The notes under the pieces are model-generated. The model searched no databases and was not told where the DNA came from. It was given only the letters and a program-made list of their open reading frames with translations. Made by a program: the position numbers and the translations under genes. Of a DNA stretch of 64,000 bases, positions 22,512 through 33,893 are shown one piece after another (position 1 is the stretch's first letter; each line of letters starts with the position of its first letter). The stretch lies in NCBI GenBank assembly GCA_054600435.1, contig BAAIJX010000009.1, forward strand, positions 434,001 through 498,000, in the 5' to 3' direction. The DNA is from Neophaeotheca triangularis (lineage: Eukaryota).

Positions 22512-25185
22512 GCATTGTTCTCCGGAGCAGGGTTTCTTCAAGCGGAGTCTTGCGGATTGTTTCGTGCCAAAGTGAGTCGTTTGGACGCCCTGTAGGCCGT
22601 AGTCGTCCCGTATTTCTGATCTGGCTATCAAGCTTGTACGTACCGTGTAGTAGTATCAGCGTTCAGGCTTATCTTCGCCGAACTGCAGCGACAGGATCTT
22701 GGTTATCACCGGCCGGCAGACCGCAAACTCACGCAGCAGGCCGGGTGGACCATACCGTGATTGTAGTAGCGACTGAGGTTGTGTTCCCGCCGCAAAATAG
22801 ATAGTGCTAGTGCTGCCAATACTACCACTACTGCTACTCACCACTGCCACTGCCGATCCCCTCAGCCTCTACTAGGATTAGCAGCCCGCTTGCATTCCTA
22901 CGGGCCAAGAGACCAGAACTGGTGCCAGCCACCCCAAGCACCACCGGCTACTGCACCGTGCCAGTCGCAAACCCTGCCCATCAGCGCCTTTCCCCACCCG
23001 CGCCGCAACAGGTACCCCTGCAAAGGCGTGTTGGCTGTCCGTGTCTCAGCAAAAAGCGAGAAGTATACAGCCTCTTCCCGTCGCCGGCACGCACGCACTT
23101 TCCACCATCACTACTCCATCATCATCACCAGCATCATCATCCTGCCTCGACTTGCATATCACGACTCCAAACGCCGGCTGTTGGAAAACGCTCAAGGCTT
23201 CCCCCCCCGACCCCGAGACCTGCAGCAGTGCCGTCCGGAGTACCACGAGCACCACGAGCATCATCCCTTCACCACGCACCCTACCCACGCCTACCTTGCC
23301 TTACACTCGCCATCGCGCCCCGGCCCGCACGCGCAGCCTCAGCTGCACTCCAACAAGCAGCGCAAAACGTAACGTACCGTAGCGAAGCGAAGCGAAGCGC
23401 AAATCGGCTCGTTGGCTGCACCTCTACGCACCTTGGCCACGGGTAGCTTCGCCCTGCTTCTCTGCCTCCCACCATCTACGCTATCTGTGCACCCACCACC
23501 AGTCCACCACCGCGAACTGCACGCAACGATCACCTGCCTCTGCGACAGGCTACGGTACTCCACCACCACCCATCGGCGCGCTGTACCTGACTGCTGCCGC
23601 ACCTTACTTGCTGCTGCTGCTGCCGCCGCCAAACGGCTTCACACCAGGCCAGGCCACGCGCGGGTCATCGCACTACAGTGCCCACACGTATAACGTAGCC
23701 GCCGCCGCCGCCAGCACACGCGACTGACAGTAGTGACTACTGCTGAGAGGCTCGCGCGCCTGATCCGACCCGATCCTATCCCATCCTGTTCTGATCCCGG
23801 CCACCAGTCGCCCGAATTAGCCCGATCGACGAGGGGAGCTCCAGCAACTCTAGGCTCTGCTTCTGCGCAGAAAAGCGAAAAAAAGGTACAGTAGCAATCC
23901 CGCCGGCCGACTCTTCTCCACACCCCCTCCCACTTCTGCTCTTGCGTTCTGTTTCTCGCCTAGCGTCGTCTGGCCCGTGCCTCTCGGCAGCTAGCTCACG
24001 CTCACACCCAACCTAACCTGGCAACCTCTCTCCGCATGTAAAGCGCTCCAGCCCAGCTTCTCCCCCACTGCACCTCTCACAGCGAACCGCTTCCTCTCGT
24101 GCATTGCAGCATTGCCATTTTTCCTAGACAGAATCAGGGTGCGTGCTATCTTACAACACGCCCGTGTCGTGCAGCAGAGCCACCACCACCACTACTGCCA
24201 CTGCCACTTGTCACTGCTCTACCTCTGGCGACGACGGCCAGGCAGAGACAGACACGAGACACGCGCCAACGAACACATTTTTGCTAACGACACATTGCTC
24301 CCCTACAGGTTCATCCGGTAGTAGTCGTAGTTGCTTCGCGTTGATAACGACCCACGACCTGTTACGACCTGTTACGACCCGTTACGACCCCTCCATTGCG
24401 TTGAACGACTCCTCGATTTGTCGCTGCAGTCGAACCGCTTACGGTCCGGCGTCATTGTTAAAACACCAGCATTACGAAATACAACCTCACGATCCAGTCC
24501 CGCCCTTCAACCTCTGCCGCAAACCGTCACCTACTCGATACGGAGCGCGTCATCACTTGACTCTCAGCATAACCGCTCCAGTGCACTCGAGACGGCACCT
24601 CCTCCGGAACACCGAGTATTGAAACACCAAAATCCCCATTCTTGTGTACGCGACTTGAGAAGCAAACAACCGAACCTTCTCCTCACAACAGCCAATCCAA
24701 CCCGACCAGCCCCCTGCTACATTACACAAGGTCGGGAAGACTTGATCTGGCGATTCGGATAGCTGCGCGAACCGTTGTTACACCCAACAATCTTCCTCAC
24801 CACTTCCTTGCCAACCGAAAAGCTGGCGCTGCCTCCGATATCCCAAGTCCAAAGCCGTGGCTACGACAACGGTCAGCAGTGGTACCAATCTCAGCCATAC
24901 CACCAAGGCGCATTCGTTGAGCGCGTCCCACAGGTCGCAGGCCTTCAGGAACAGCCAAGCTCGTCATCTGTCGGCTCGTCGCCTAGAGCTGGGTCGTTTA
25001 GCGCATCTTCGGTCGCGAATCAGTCCTACGACTCGAGCACTTCACTTTCCTCCTTGGTTGACGGCAGGAAAGCAACAGGCCTGCAGACACCCTCTCCAGA
25101 CACTTCCGGGTACCCCGCATCAAGCATTGCGTCGCACTCTTACCCTTCTGCTGGTTACCAGTACAGCTCTCAGAGCTACAGCAAC
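22512..25185 (+). promoter_or_regulatory. AUG-depleted upstream/leader region of stuA, with a probable 5'-UTR intron (about 24139..24309)
   Basis: A manual scan found one ATG in 2.67 kb (24036, ATG-TAA). There is a donor GTGCGT at 24139 and a branch/acceptor GCTAAC...CTACAG ending near 24309. The transcription start is unknown. Confidence 0.55.
24354..24390. repeat. 10-bp tandem repeat ACGACCYGTT, about 3.7 copies
   Basis: acgacctgtt acgacctgtt acgacccgtt acgaccc. Confidence 0.85.
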
Positions 25186-27118
25186 ATGAACGCGCCTCAA
25201 GGAGGATACATCGACGTGAGTCAATCGCATCAGCAGCCATCGGGTCCGGCTTCGAGTATTGGCCACTACACAAACTATGGCCAGCCCCAAGCTCTCCAGC
25301 CTGCAACCCACGGCTATGCACCCACAACGTACAGTCAGCCGTACAATGGCTATAGCATGGCACCCATGACACAGGGACATCCAGTAACATCGTCAATGGG
25401 TTCTCAGATGGTACAGCAGTCTCTTCCTTTGCCTACCATGCCGCCAAGTCAACCACCGCCTGGATCTGCAGGAGGACAACAACAATTCTCTCAAAGCTAT
25501 GACACGACCGGGCAGATTGCTCCGCAAGGCATGAAGCCGAGGGTTACTGCCACCTTGTGGGAAGACGAGGGGAGTCTTTGCTTCCAGGTCGAGGCGAACG
25601 GTGTCTGTGTTGCAAGGCGTGAGGACAACCACTTCATCAACGGCACAAAGCTCCTTAATGTTGCTGGCATGACGCGCGGACGGCGCGATGGCATTCTGAA
25701 GAGCGAGAAGACGCGTCACGTTGTGAAGATAGGACCTATGCATTTGAAGGGTGTTTGGTAGGTCGAGATCGGCGAGCTCGTGTATCTTTGCATTGCTAAC
25801 ATATGACAGGATCCCGTTTGACCGCGCGCTCGACTTCGCCAACAAGGAGAAAATCACGGAGTTGCTCTACCCGCTCTTTGTTCACAACATTGGAGCTCTA
25901 CTGTACCATCCCGCCAACCAAGCGCGACAAAGTATTGGAAACGCCGCCATGGCAGCTCGCAGGACTGATAGTCAACAGGAGTATATGAGGACACCTCAGG
26001 GCAGCCAGCCTCCGACTTTGACCCACCATCATTCGATGAGCAATCCAGTTGGAGCGAGCGTTCCCCAACCTCCGCATTCGATTGCGCCGCATCCTTCCTC
26101 TGGAAGACCAGGTCTGGACAGAGCGCACACTTTTCCAACTCCTCCAACAAGTGCATCAAGTCTTACAATGGGAATGGGTAACTCAGGAAGCTCGTATGAG
26201 TACGGCGGCAACGGACAGCCAGCAGCAATGCAACCAGGTCAGCCTCTTCCTCACGATTCTGGCTACAACGTTGCGAAGTCCTTACCAACAACTCCCCCAG
26301 CTACTACGCCACCTCAACAACCTCAGAGCCAGCAGCAACAACAGCAGCAGCAGCCCCAGCAGCCCCAGCAGTACCAAACAACGCAGCCATACGACAATTC
26401 TCGGCAAATGTACTCTGCGCCTTCGAGCTATAGCCAGTACCCCCCTCAGCCAACCATGAACCGCTATGGGCAGATGCAGCCAAGTCCCGGGGTCAAGAAT
26501 GAAATGGCCCCTCCAGCGCGTGCGGGCGCCGAGAACGAGCACACAGACAGTAAAGTTCAGGGCGGGTACGCAGGGCATCCAGATGCTGACGGGGAACACG
26601 AGGGTGAATATACTCACACCAGTGCGTCATACGACGCCAGACGAGCTTCGTACAATTACAAGCCTAACGTCGCCTCAGGACCGATGCATTCTGATCCATC
26701 GCAAATCTCGCCTGAAATGACTCACTCGCCGCATCAAAATGGCTCAGGTCGTGCGACTCCGCGTACGGCATCCACCTACAACACGGGATACAACACTCCT
26801 CAACGACCATCCCAGCTACCTTCTAGCAATCTTTACAACGTCATTAGCAATGACACTAGAGCTGGAGCTCCAAACGGTGTAGAGCCCTATCATAGCCAGC
26901 CGGCCTACCAGCAGCCGCCACCACCACCGCAATATGCTCAGATGAACGGCGTACCACCATCTAACAAACGCATGCGCGATGTCGATGATCAAGAAGATCA
27001 GTATGGCCGCCCCCTCTCTGCAGGAGGCGATGCCGCTCTGAAGAGGCAGCGTACAGACGGTGCACCGCGTCCAATTAGTCAGCCACAGCCTGTCATGGCC
27101 GGCGGCAAAAGGCGATAG
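25186..27118 (+). CDS. stuA: APSES transcription factor StuA/Asm-1; intron 25758..25809; frame open upstream to 24763
   Basis: APSES domain KPRVTATLWEDEGSLCFQVEANGVCVARREDNHFINGTKLLNVAGMTRGRRDGILKSEK...HLKGVW|IPFDRAL, then RPGLDRAHTFPTPP and a basic C-terminus. Confidence 0.95.
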
Positions 27119-27757
27119 AATACCCTCTTGTCCCACGGCTCGGTCACTAACAGAGAGGCTTCATGCGTGACCCCTGCAGCCATCGGCGGTTGTAGGCACA
27201 TGGGCATGCAAACATCGGAGCGCTTCACCTCTAGCGATGACCACGACTGTGAGCGAGCGGCGCTGTGAAGCTCCAGAATTTCTTATGTTGAGCGACGAAA
27301 CGAACATTCCCTCACCTGTACTTTCTTCCCCTGGAGACAAAGCGCGAGTAAACTCGAAACATTCGACGAATTGACGACTATGACTTCTATCGAGCCTGAT
27401 GATTATGAGCGACATAACCCCCCTTTACGGACGAAGCGCCATAAAACTCTTTTTGCCGCGTCCGCTGCTGGCGTCGATCATGCGCCAACGTTTGCCCAAC
27501 TACCCACCCGGCTACAGTTGCATGATTGCGCGGCGGCGGATGCTTTGCGTTTTTCTTCTTTTCTGTTCTCCGAAGTCATCCTCCCTTCAAAGGGGAATAA
27601 GGCCGCTGAACCAGGCAGGACTGCTCGAAACAGGCCACCTCTTCCTCTCTTCTATTGAAGCGGACGACATGACGGTTGCCCGCGAAAGCATTGCAAGAGG
27701 CGTCTGTGGTTAGCGGTTTTGCAGCGTGTTCAATCTGGCGATACTTGCACGAGCGAT

Positions 27758-27797
27758 GAGGTGATGTGACGGAGGTGATGTGACGGAGGCGATGTGA
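27758..27797. repeat. 14-bp tandem repeat GAGGTGATGTGACG, about 2.9 copies
   Basis: Seen directly downstream of stuA. Confidence 0.8.
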
Positions 27798-28408
27798 AGC
27801 ACAAAGGCGCGTGGTTCGACGTATCTGATGAAGTTAGAGAGAGAGAGGATGGCAAAGTGCATAGCCCTCGTCGAAAAGTTTTTCCCCTTTATGAATCTGC
27901 ACCTTCACGTTTTCTACAGTGCCTGTTGTGTCATCTTGCTGGTGAGACATGTCCATTTACCCGGCGCACTTTTGAAGAGGTGTGGTGGTATGTTTTATCA
28001 TGCATGTGCTGTACCGAGCTAGCTAGATTGCCTATCATCTGCTTTTCCCTGCATTAATCGCTTGCAATGGCTGGCAACCTCAGCTAACCTCATGCAAGCG
28101 AGCAAAATGGCACGTGGTTGCGAAGCGCGAATCGGACAAGCTGGAAGCCGCCGTGCCAAGGCCGTGGGGGGGTGTGCCACTTCTCTTTCACCTTGCACGA
28201 CGACTCCTTCTCTTCGCTTCAACACTTGAACACCAGCATCCAGAACGAGCAAACTACAAACACAACCTGCAGCGCCAGCACCTAACGACACTACCACTCA
28301 CGTAGCCAATCTCACTCCACTACCGCCGATCTCCATCAACCGAACCGTCCTCGAGACTACCTTCGACTCCCATATCTCCCCCCGAAACAACCGTGGCAGT
28401 CTATCCCA

Positions 28409-29386
28409 ATGGCGCTCTCATCCAATTCCAATTACAGTAGCATGAGTAGTAATTACTCCGCCAGCGGGCGCCGCTCCTCTTCCAACGACTCGGCCCGCCG
28501 TAGCGCCGCAGCTTCCCCCTCCCACAACACGCAAGCCTCAGCCTACCTCGTCGACGTGGCCACCATGTCGCTCACGGGCTACCACTTCTCCACCTCCACC
28601 ACCGGCGGGGTAGGCGGACTGGGGTGGTTGGTTTGAGGTCCCTTCGGGGGTCCGAACCACCGCTTCGCCGCCGCCGTCTCCGGGGACGACGGCCGCCAGG
28701 CCCGCGCATGGCCTGGCGAGGAAGCGTTCCGGGGGCGCCGAGCGCGCCGCGCGTCACGTCACGGGAGAGTGTGAGAGACTCTTCTGCGAGGCTCTGGGGG
28801 CTGTGTTCTTGGTTGGGAAGAGCACTGGTCCGCAGGGTAAGCTTGTGACGGATGCGCATCACGAGGGTCGAAGGGCTGTCAGGCTGCCGCACGACCTTCC
28901 CACACCTGAGCCCAGCCCTGACGGCAGATTTGTTTCGCCTGCGATGGCTGGCTTCGGGCCTGCTGCGGCTGGGGTGTGGGTTAGAGATTTTGTCGAGGTG
29001 TGGGATTATGCTTGCGGGGGCAGGTTTAGGGGCTTTGTCGCTGAGACGGGATATGGAGAGAGAGCTTTGTTCGTCTTCTTCGATCGTGAGGTTGTCGGCA
29101 AGGATTTGAAACCTGGGTAGGTTTTGTTACTCGCTCTGCGCGGTTTCTTGGATTTGTGCTAACATCACTGGCCAGTCTCATGGCTCTCCTCGAACTCGCT
29201 GGCGCTGACGGCATTGACTGCTCGCAACTCGTTGTTTGCGTCGATCGCACCGCAGAACCCTCCGACGTTTCTGATCTGACCCGAGATCTTGGGTGGGTGG
29301 GATTTGAGCTCATGATGCTTGACCAGTGGGCAGGCAGGGAAGGGATTACGAGTGACAGGTGGATCTTCTTGGGAATGGACGTGTAG
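28409..29386 (+). CDS. OAZ1: Ornithine decarboxylase antizyme: ORF1 28409-28633, +1 frameshift, ORF2 28635-29116, intron 29117-29175, last exon 29176-29386; about 305 aa
   Basis: ORF1 ends GGG TGG TTG GTT TGA. The +1 frame is open from GAG GTC and reads ECERLFCEAL, EVWDYACGGRFRGFV, LFVFFD, DLKPG|LMALLELA, LVVCVDR, LGWVGFEL and SDRWIFLGMDV, all antizyme-domain motifs of filamentous ascomycetes. Confidence 0.93.
28631..28637 (+). other. Programmed +1 ribosomal frameshift site GUU-UGA-G
   Basis: The ORF1 stop overlaps the start of the +1 antizyme frame. No intron signals bridge the two frames. Confidence 0.9.
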
Positions 29387-29835
29387 AGGATGGGACGAGC
29401 TGGCAAAGGGGCGAAAGATTTCATGCGGTCGGTACTACCTATTGCTGCGGTATTGCGTCAATGCGGAATGTTGATTGCTTGTGGTGGTGCTATTACTTGC
29501 TTTCCCGCACACTGCTAAGGTCGATGGCATTTATATGAACGCTGCTAGAAGGCTTTTGGCCAAGTGAAGTGCCAAATATATCGTTCTGCCACAAAGCTAC
29601 CGGATGCTCGCCCGATTCCGATTGCCCACGAGGAAGTCCCAGATGAACAGCTAAAGAGTACTTTCCCCTATAAACACAGACGTGCTTTCCGTGCACTATC
29701 GTAAGTACTGCAACTAGCTCTCCTTACTTTGTTCCTCCAACGCCAGCCTCGATTCCTCTCCTTCATCAACATCATTCACCGCAGCACCGGATATTCGCCC
29801 CTTACTAACCGCATCACTAGCTCCGGCATGTTATA

Positions 29836-32800
29836 ATGCCGCTCTTCAACCGCCGCAAACTACGACGAAGAGGCTCCGAGTTCTTCTCCAAACTACCTTT
29901 CCAGTTTCGTCGCCGAGGCACCTCCCGCGCCAACTCCTGCAACGGCTCACAAGCCTCTTCCGAAAACAGCAGCCTCGACTCTACCCCCTCCGCCGCTTCA
30001 GTGCCAGCACACCGCACCATGGCTAGCCCACCTCCCATTCTCAATCTAAGCAAAATGCGTTCTTTCTTTGGCAGCAACAGTCAAGAGCCGGCCGGCTCGA
30101 GACCTGCCAGTGTACGCAACGATTCCTCTCCTCAAGACTTGAAACCCTCCGCCCACGATCCTGGCCGTACCGTGTCTGAGCCATCTCCAAAGCGAAGACG
30201 CTCTGTCCGGTTTCGCGGAATCGATCATAGCCAACTCGATGGCACGCCTGACGATGGACGAGAGTCTCAGTCCAGAAGCAAGTCGAGTGATTCGAGGCTC
30301 AGCAGACTTTCTCAGAACTTGTCTGAAAAGTTCGACCAAGTCGGCACTGCTCTCGGCATGGTCAATGGCAACGACACGTTGATTCACCGGCCTAAATCGA
30401 GACCAAAAGTGCCTTTCATAGACACCGATGCCAATCGCATTGCCGACAGTCGATCTGTTGAAGACGCCAATGCCTCGCCCAGTCCCACCATGTCCAGCGT
30501 GCCCTCCTCACCCACCCGCCGGACAGACGCGAGTCCCATTAGTGTAGCTTCGACCGCAGCTTCCAGCCTGATAAGCCCTCGTTCCACTGGCAGCTACAAG
30601 CGCGTCACTCCCGAAGACTACCAGAGCAAACACAGCAAAGAAGATGACAATACACTTCCACCCATCGAAGAAGACAGCGGGTATTACCTCTTCATCCCAG
30701 TGCAAGAGGCACCTATCAACATCGTGCCTACCGTTGACACTGTCGAGAAAGCTTCGGCCGCCAAAGTATATCTGGAGACTTCCTACAACGAGCTCATGAT
30801 GGAAGCCCAATCGCCCCGCTCTGTGCGACGCAGGCGCTTCGAGCAGAAGCTGCTGGATTATGGCGTTCCTCATGCGCAAAGAGTTGCGGCGAGACAGCAG
30901 TGGGCTAGGGCTGAGAGCGACCATTTACGCCAGATGCGGACGCTCAATGCGAGCTCGTTCTCGAGGCACAACGTCAAGGGCGTCTCGATAGCTGGGTACG
31001 ATGTCGTGAGAGTACTGGGTAAAGGTAGTTTTGGGGTCGTTCGACTTGTCACAGAACGTGCTGGTGAGAAAGATGCTGTCGAAACTCCAAAGAGCAGTAG
31101 CCAAGACGACGACAAGACCTCCCGCTCTCGTCGCACGTCAGCTACTCCTAGTCGGATGTCTTCCTCCAAATCGGACAGGCTCAAGAACAAGCCGCTCTCA
31201 GAGGTATTCGCCATGAAGGTCATCCGCAAGAGTGAGATGCTTCGAAATGCTCAGGAGGGTCATCTCCGCGCTGAGCGGGACTTTCTTGTGGCGGCTACCA
31301 CAGCATGCTCCCGCTGGATTGTCCCACTTATCGCCTCTTTCCAGGACAACATCAACCTCTACCTCGTCATGGAGTACATGATTGGCGGCGACTTCCTTGG
31401 CCTGCTGCTGCGCGAAGACGTGCTTGAAGAAAGTGTCGCCAAATAGTACGTGGCAGAGATGATCCTCTGCGTAGAAGAAGCGCACCGTATGAGATGGATT
31501 CATCGAGACGTGAAGCCCGACAACTTCCTCATCTGCGCCAGCGGCCACCTCAAGATCAGCGATTTTGGACTCGCTTTTGACGGTCATTGGACGCATTGCC
31601 AGAGCTACTACACTAATCATCGCTACAACTTGCTCGAGAAGTTGGGCATCAAAGTTCGTGGAGATGAGCAGGACGTTCTTGATGACTTCGAATCTGGCGG
31701 TGGAGGTGATGGTACCCCTTCGAGCGGCGCATCTTCCAAGACTGGCAGCAAAAGCCACGTCGACAACGAAGACTCCGTCCGCCGCGAAGGCCTCCTCAAC
31801 TATCGCAACCGCACTGAACGCCGCAGACTCGCACGCTCAGTCGTAGGAACAAGCCAGTACATGGCGCCAGAGGTGATCATGGGACAACCTTACGACGGCC
31901 GCTGCGACTGGTGGAGCATTGGCATTATCCTCTACGAATGCCTCTACGGCCGAACCCCCTTTTTCTGCGAGAACCGGCAAAAGACCAAAGAAAACATCGT
32001 CCAACACCGCGCGTCTCTTGGCTTCCCCGTCCACGAACGCTGGTCGCGTCCAACGTCCGAATCCCGCCGCTGGCTCCCTTCCCCCTCCGAACTCGTCATC
32101 GACCTAATGATGGCCCTGCTCACAGACAAAGAAGTCCGCCTCAGCGCCCGCCACTACCAACGCCTCGACCACAACAGCGGCAACCGCCTAGGCCGACGCC
32201 TCTCCGCCGCCGCTTCCACGAACCCTGCCGCCAACGGCTCCCCCAACACCCCCTGCCGCCACGTCACCGCCGCCGCCGCCGACGAAATCAAAGCCCACCG
32301 CTTCTTCACCGGCATCCCTTGGGCTCAGCTACACCTGATGCCACCCCCCTTCGTCCCCCGCGTCCGCGAAAACCAAAGCATAACCAAGTACTTTGAGTCC
32401 GAAGCGGAGATCGCCAAAGACGACGCCGACGACTCCGACTCGGAATTCTTGGATTTGTGCAGGGGTATTTCGCCCGAGATGAACAGCGAGGATGTCTTGA
32501 CGCTGTTGGGCGGTCAGGAGGCTTTTTCAAAGTATCGGGCTAGATTGCTCGCGGTTTGGAAGACGGAGATGGGGTTTGTAGACCACAATGCCGTTTCGGA
32601 CGGGGATTTTGAGCGGGAGCTGGCGGTTTTGGAGGGGCAGATGGGAAGAGAGGGGTTTGCGGAGTGGAAGAGCGATGTCTTGGGTCGGGTTTTGCCGAAA
32701 GTTGTCGGGGGTATGGGTGGGGGTGGTGCTGGTAAGGAGAGGAAGAGACCTCGGGATCGCATGTTGAGGGATGTGGGTGTTGGGAGACGCGTGATGGAGT

Positions 32801-32901
32801 TGAGGAAGCAGGGGGCGTTTTTGGGGTATACTTACCGTAGACCCAGGGAAGTTGAGGCGGTTGAACTGGGCGCCAGGGGCATGGGGTGGAGCGAGCGGTG
32901 A
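29836..32901 (+). CDS. AGC-group NDR/COT1-like Ser/Thr kinase (PUK1/STK-21-like), 1021 aa if the in-frame TAG at 31444-31446 is decoded
   Basis: LGKGSFGVV, FAMKVIRK, AERDFL, LYLVMEYMIGGD, AK*YVAEMILCVEEAH, IHRDVKPDN, DFG, SVVGTSQYMAPE, DWWSIG, IKAHRFF, PPFVP and FLGYTY. Both listed ORFs are in the same frame and separated by one codon. Confidence 0.9.
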
Positions 32902-33893
32902 TGGTGTGTTTGCTATTCATTCCTTTTCTATTTTTCTTCGACTTTAGTTCTAGGGCGTTTTGGGGGAAAGTCCTGGGGCGTCTTCCGTAGACCTGCGAAA
33001 ATTTCCTCTTTAATCTTTTTTTTTCTAGCGGCTCTGGTACGGGGCCAGTTGGAGACAGGGTGAGGTCGACAGTATTCGACAAAAAGACCAGTGACATTCA
33101 TGAAGAGGGACACGGTGACGACGACTTGCCCTTTCAAACCGGTCGAGACGCTCCGAGCGATACAGCGAGATGGGCGGACCAAGTATAAGTCCAGCTCTCA
33201 TCCTATACAAGTAATGCCGCGGTGAACGAGGCCGAAGCTTGGGCTGCAATTCGTGTGTACGGTATTTATCAAAAATTCTAAAGCCAGACAATGAATGTGC
33301 ACAGCTTGAAGACTTTGACCTTGAACACGCTCAACAAAGACGATGATCAGGGTCAAGAACAGAAGGACAGGAAGATACAACGGGTTGGTTTCTCACGTGG
33401 TCATCCACCGTAGTGATAATCGCCTGCTTCGATGGATGCCTTGGATTCATTGAGCTATGGTCGTATCTGAATGAATTAGCGGCAATATGTATGTATTCAA
33501 ATTTTGTTTATCTCTTCTGTTGGAAATCAAATGTCAAGGAATTGAGCCCTGTTTGATGTTCACAATCGAAAGCAAGTCTTCAGGAGTCAGCCGGCTTTTG
33601 CGGGACTTGTGGTATTCTTGGCAGTCGACCTGACCACTGTATCTGCCAACACACAGGATCAAAAGTGCGGAGCCGAAGCTCCCAGTAAGGCAATCTTTCA
33701 AGAGTAGAGTGACGAGACAAGTCATAAGACGCTGCGGAACTGTTCCAATAGCTTTTGCAGCTTATAGTCTCGTACCATGGAACCCTAGATTCATCGCCCT
33801 CCCGAATTCTCGACAACCAGAACCACCGCATATCCTCTCCCATCTATCAATCTTATCCTTACACACGCGTCCCATCATACCGCCAACCCAACC

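Noticed and set aside
18865..24760. Many 60-200 aa ORFs in the long intergenic region
   Set aside because: They are low-complexity, overlap in several frames, mostly start at non-ATG codons and show no recognisable domains.
31430..31460. An intron removing the kinase TAG
   Set aside because: The kinase helix-E sequence is continuous on both sides of the stop with no spare residues, and no branch site or acceptor spacing fits.
33315..33356. 10-bp inverted repeat TTGACCTTGA/TCAGGGTCAA
   Set aside because: It is short, has a 22-nt loop and no target-site duplication or second copy; compatible with chance.
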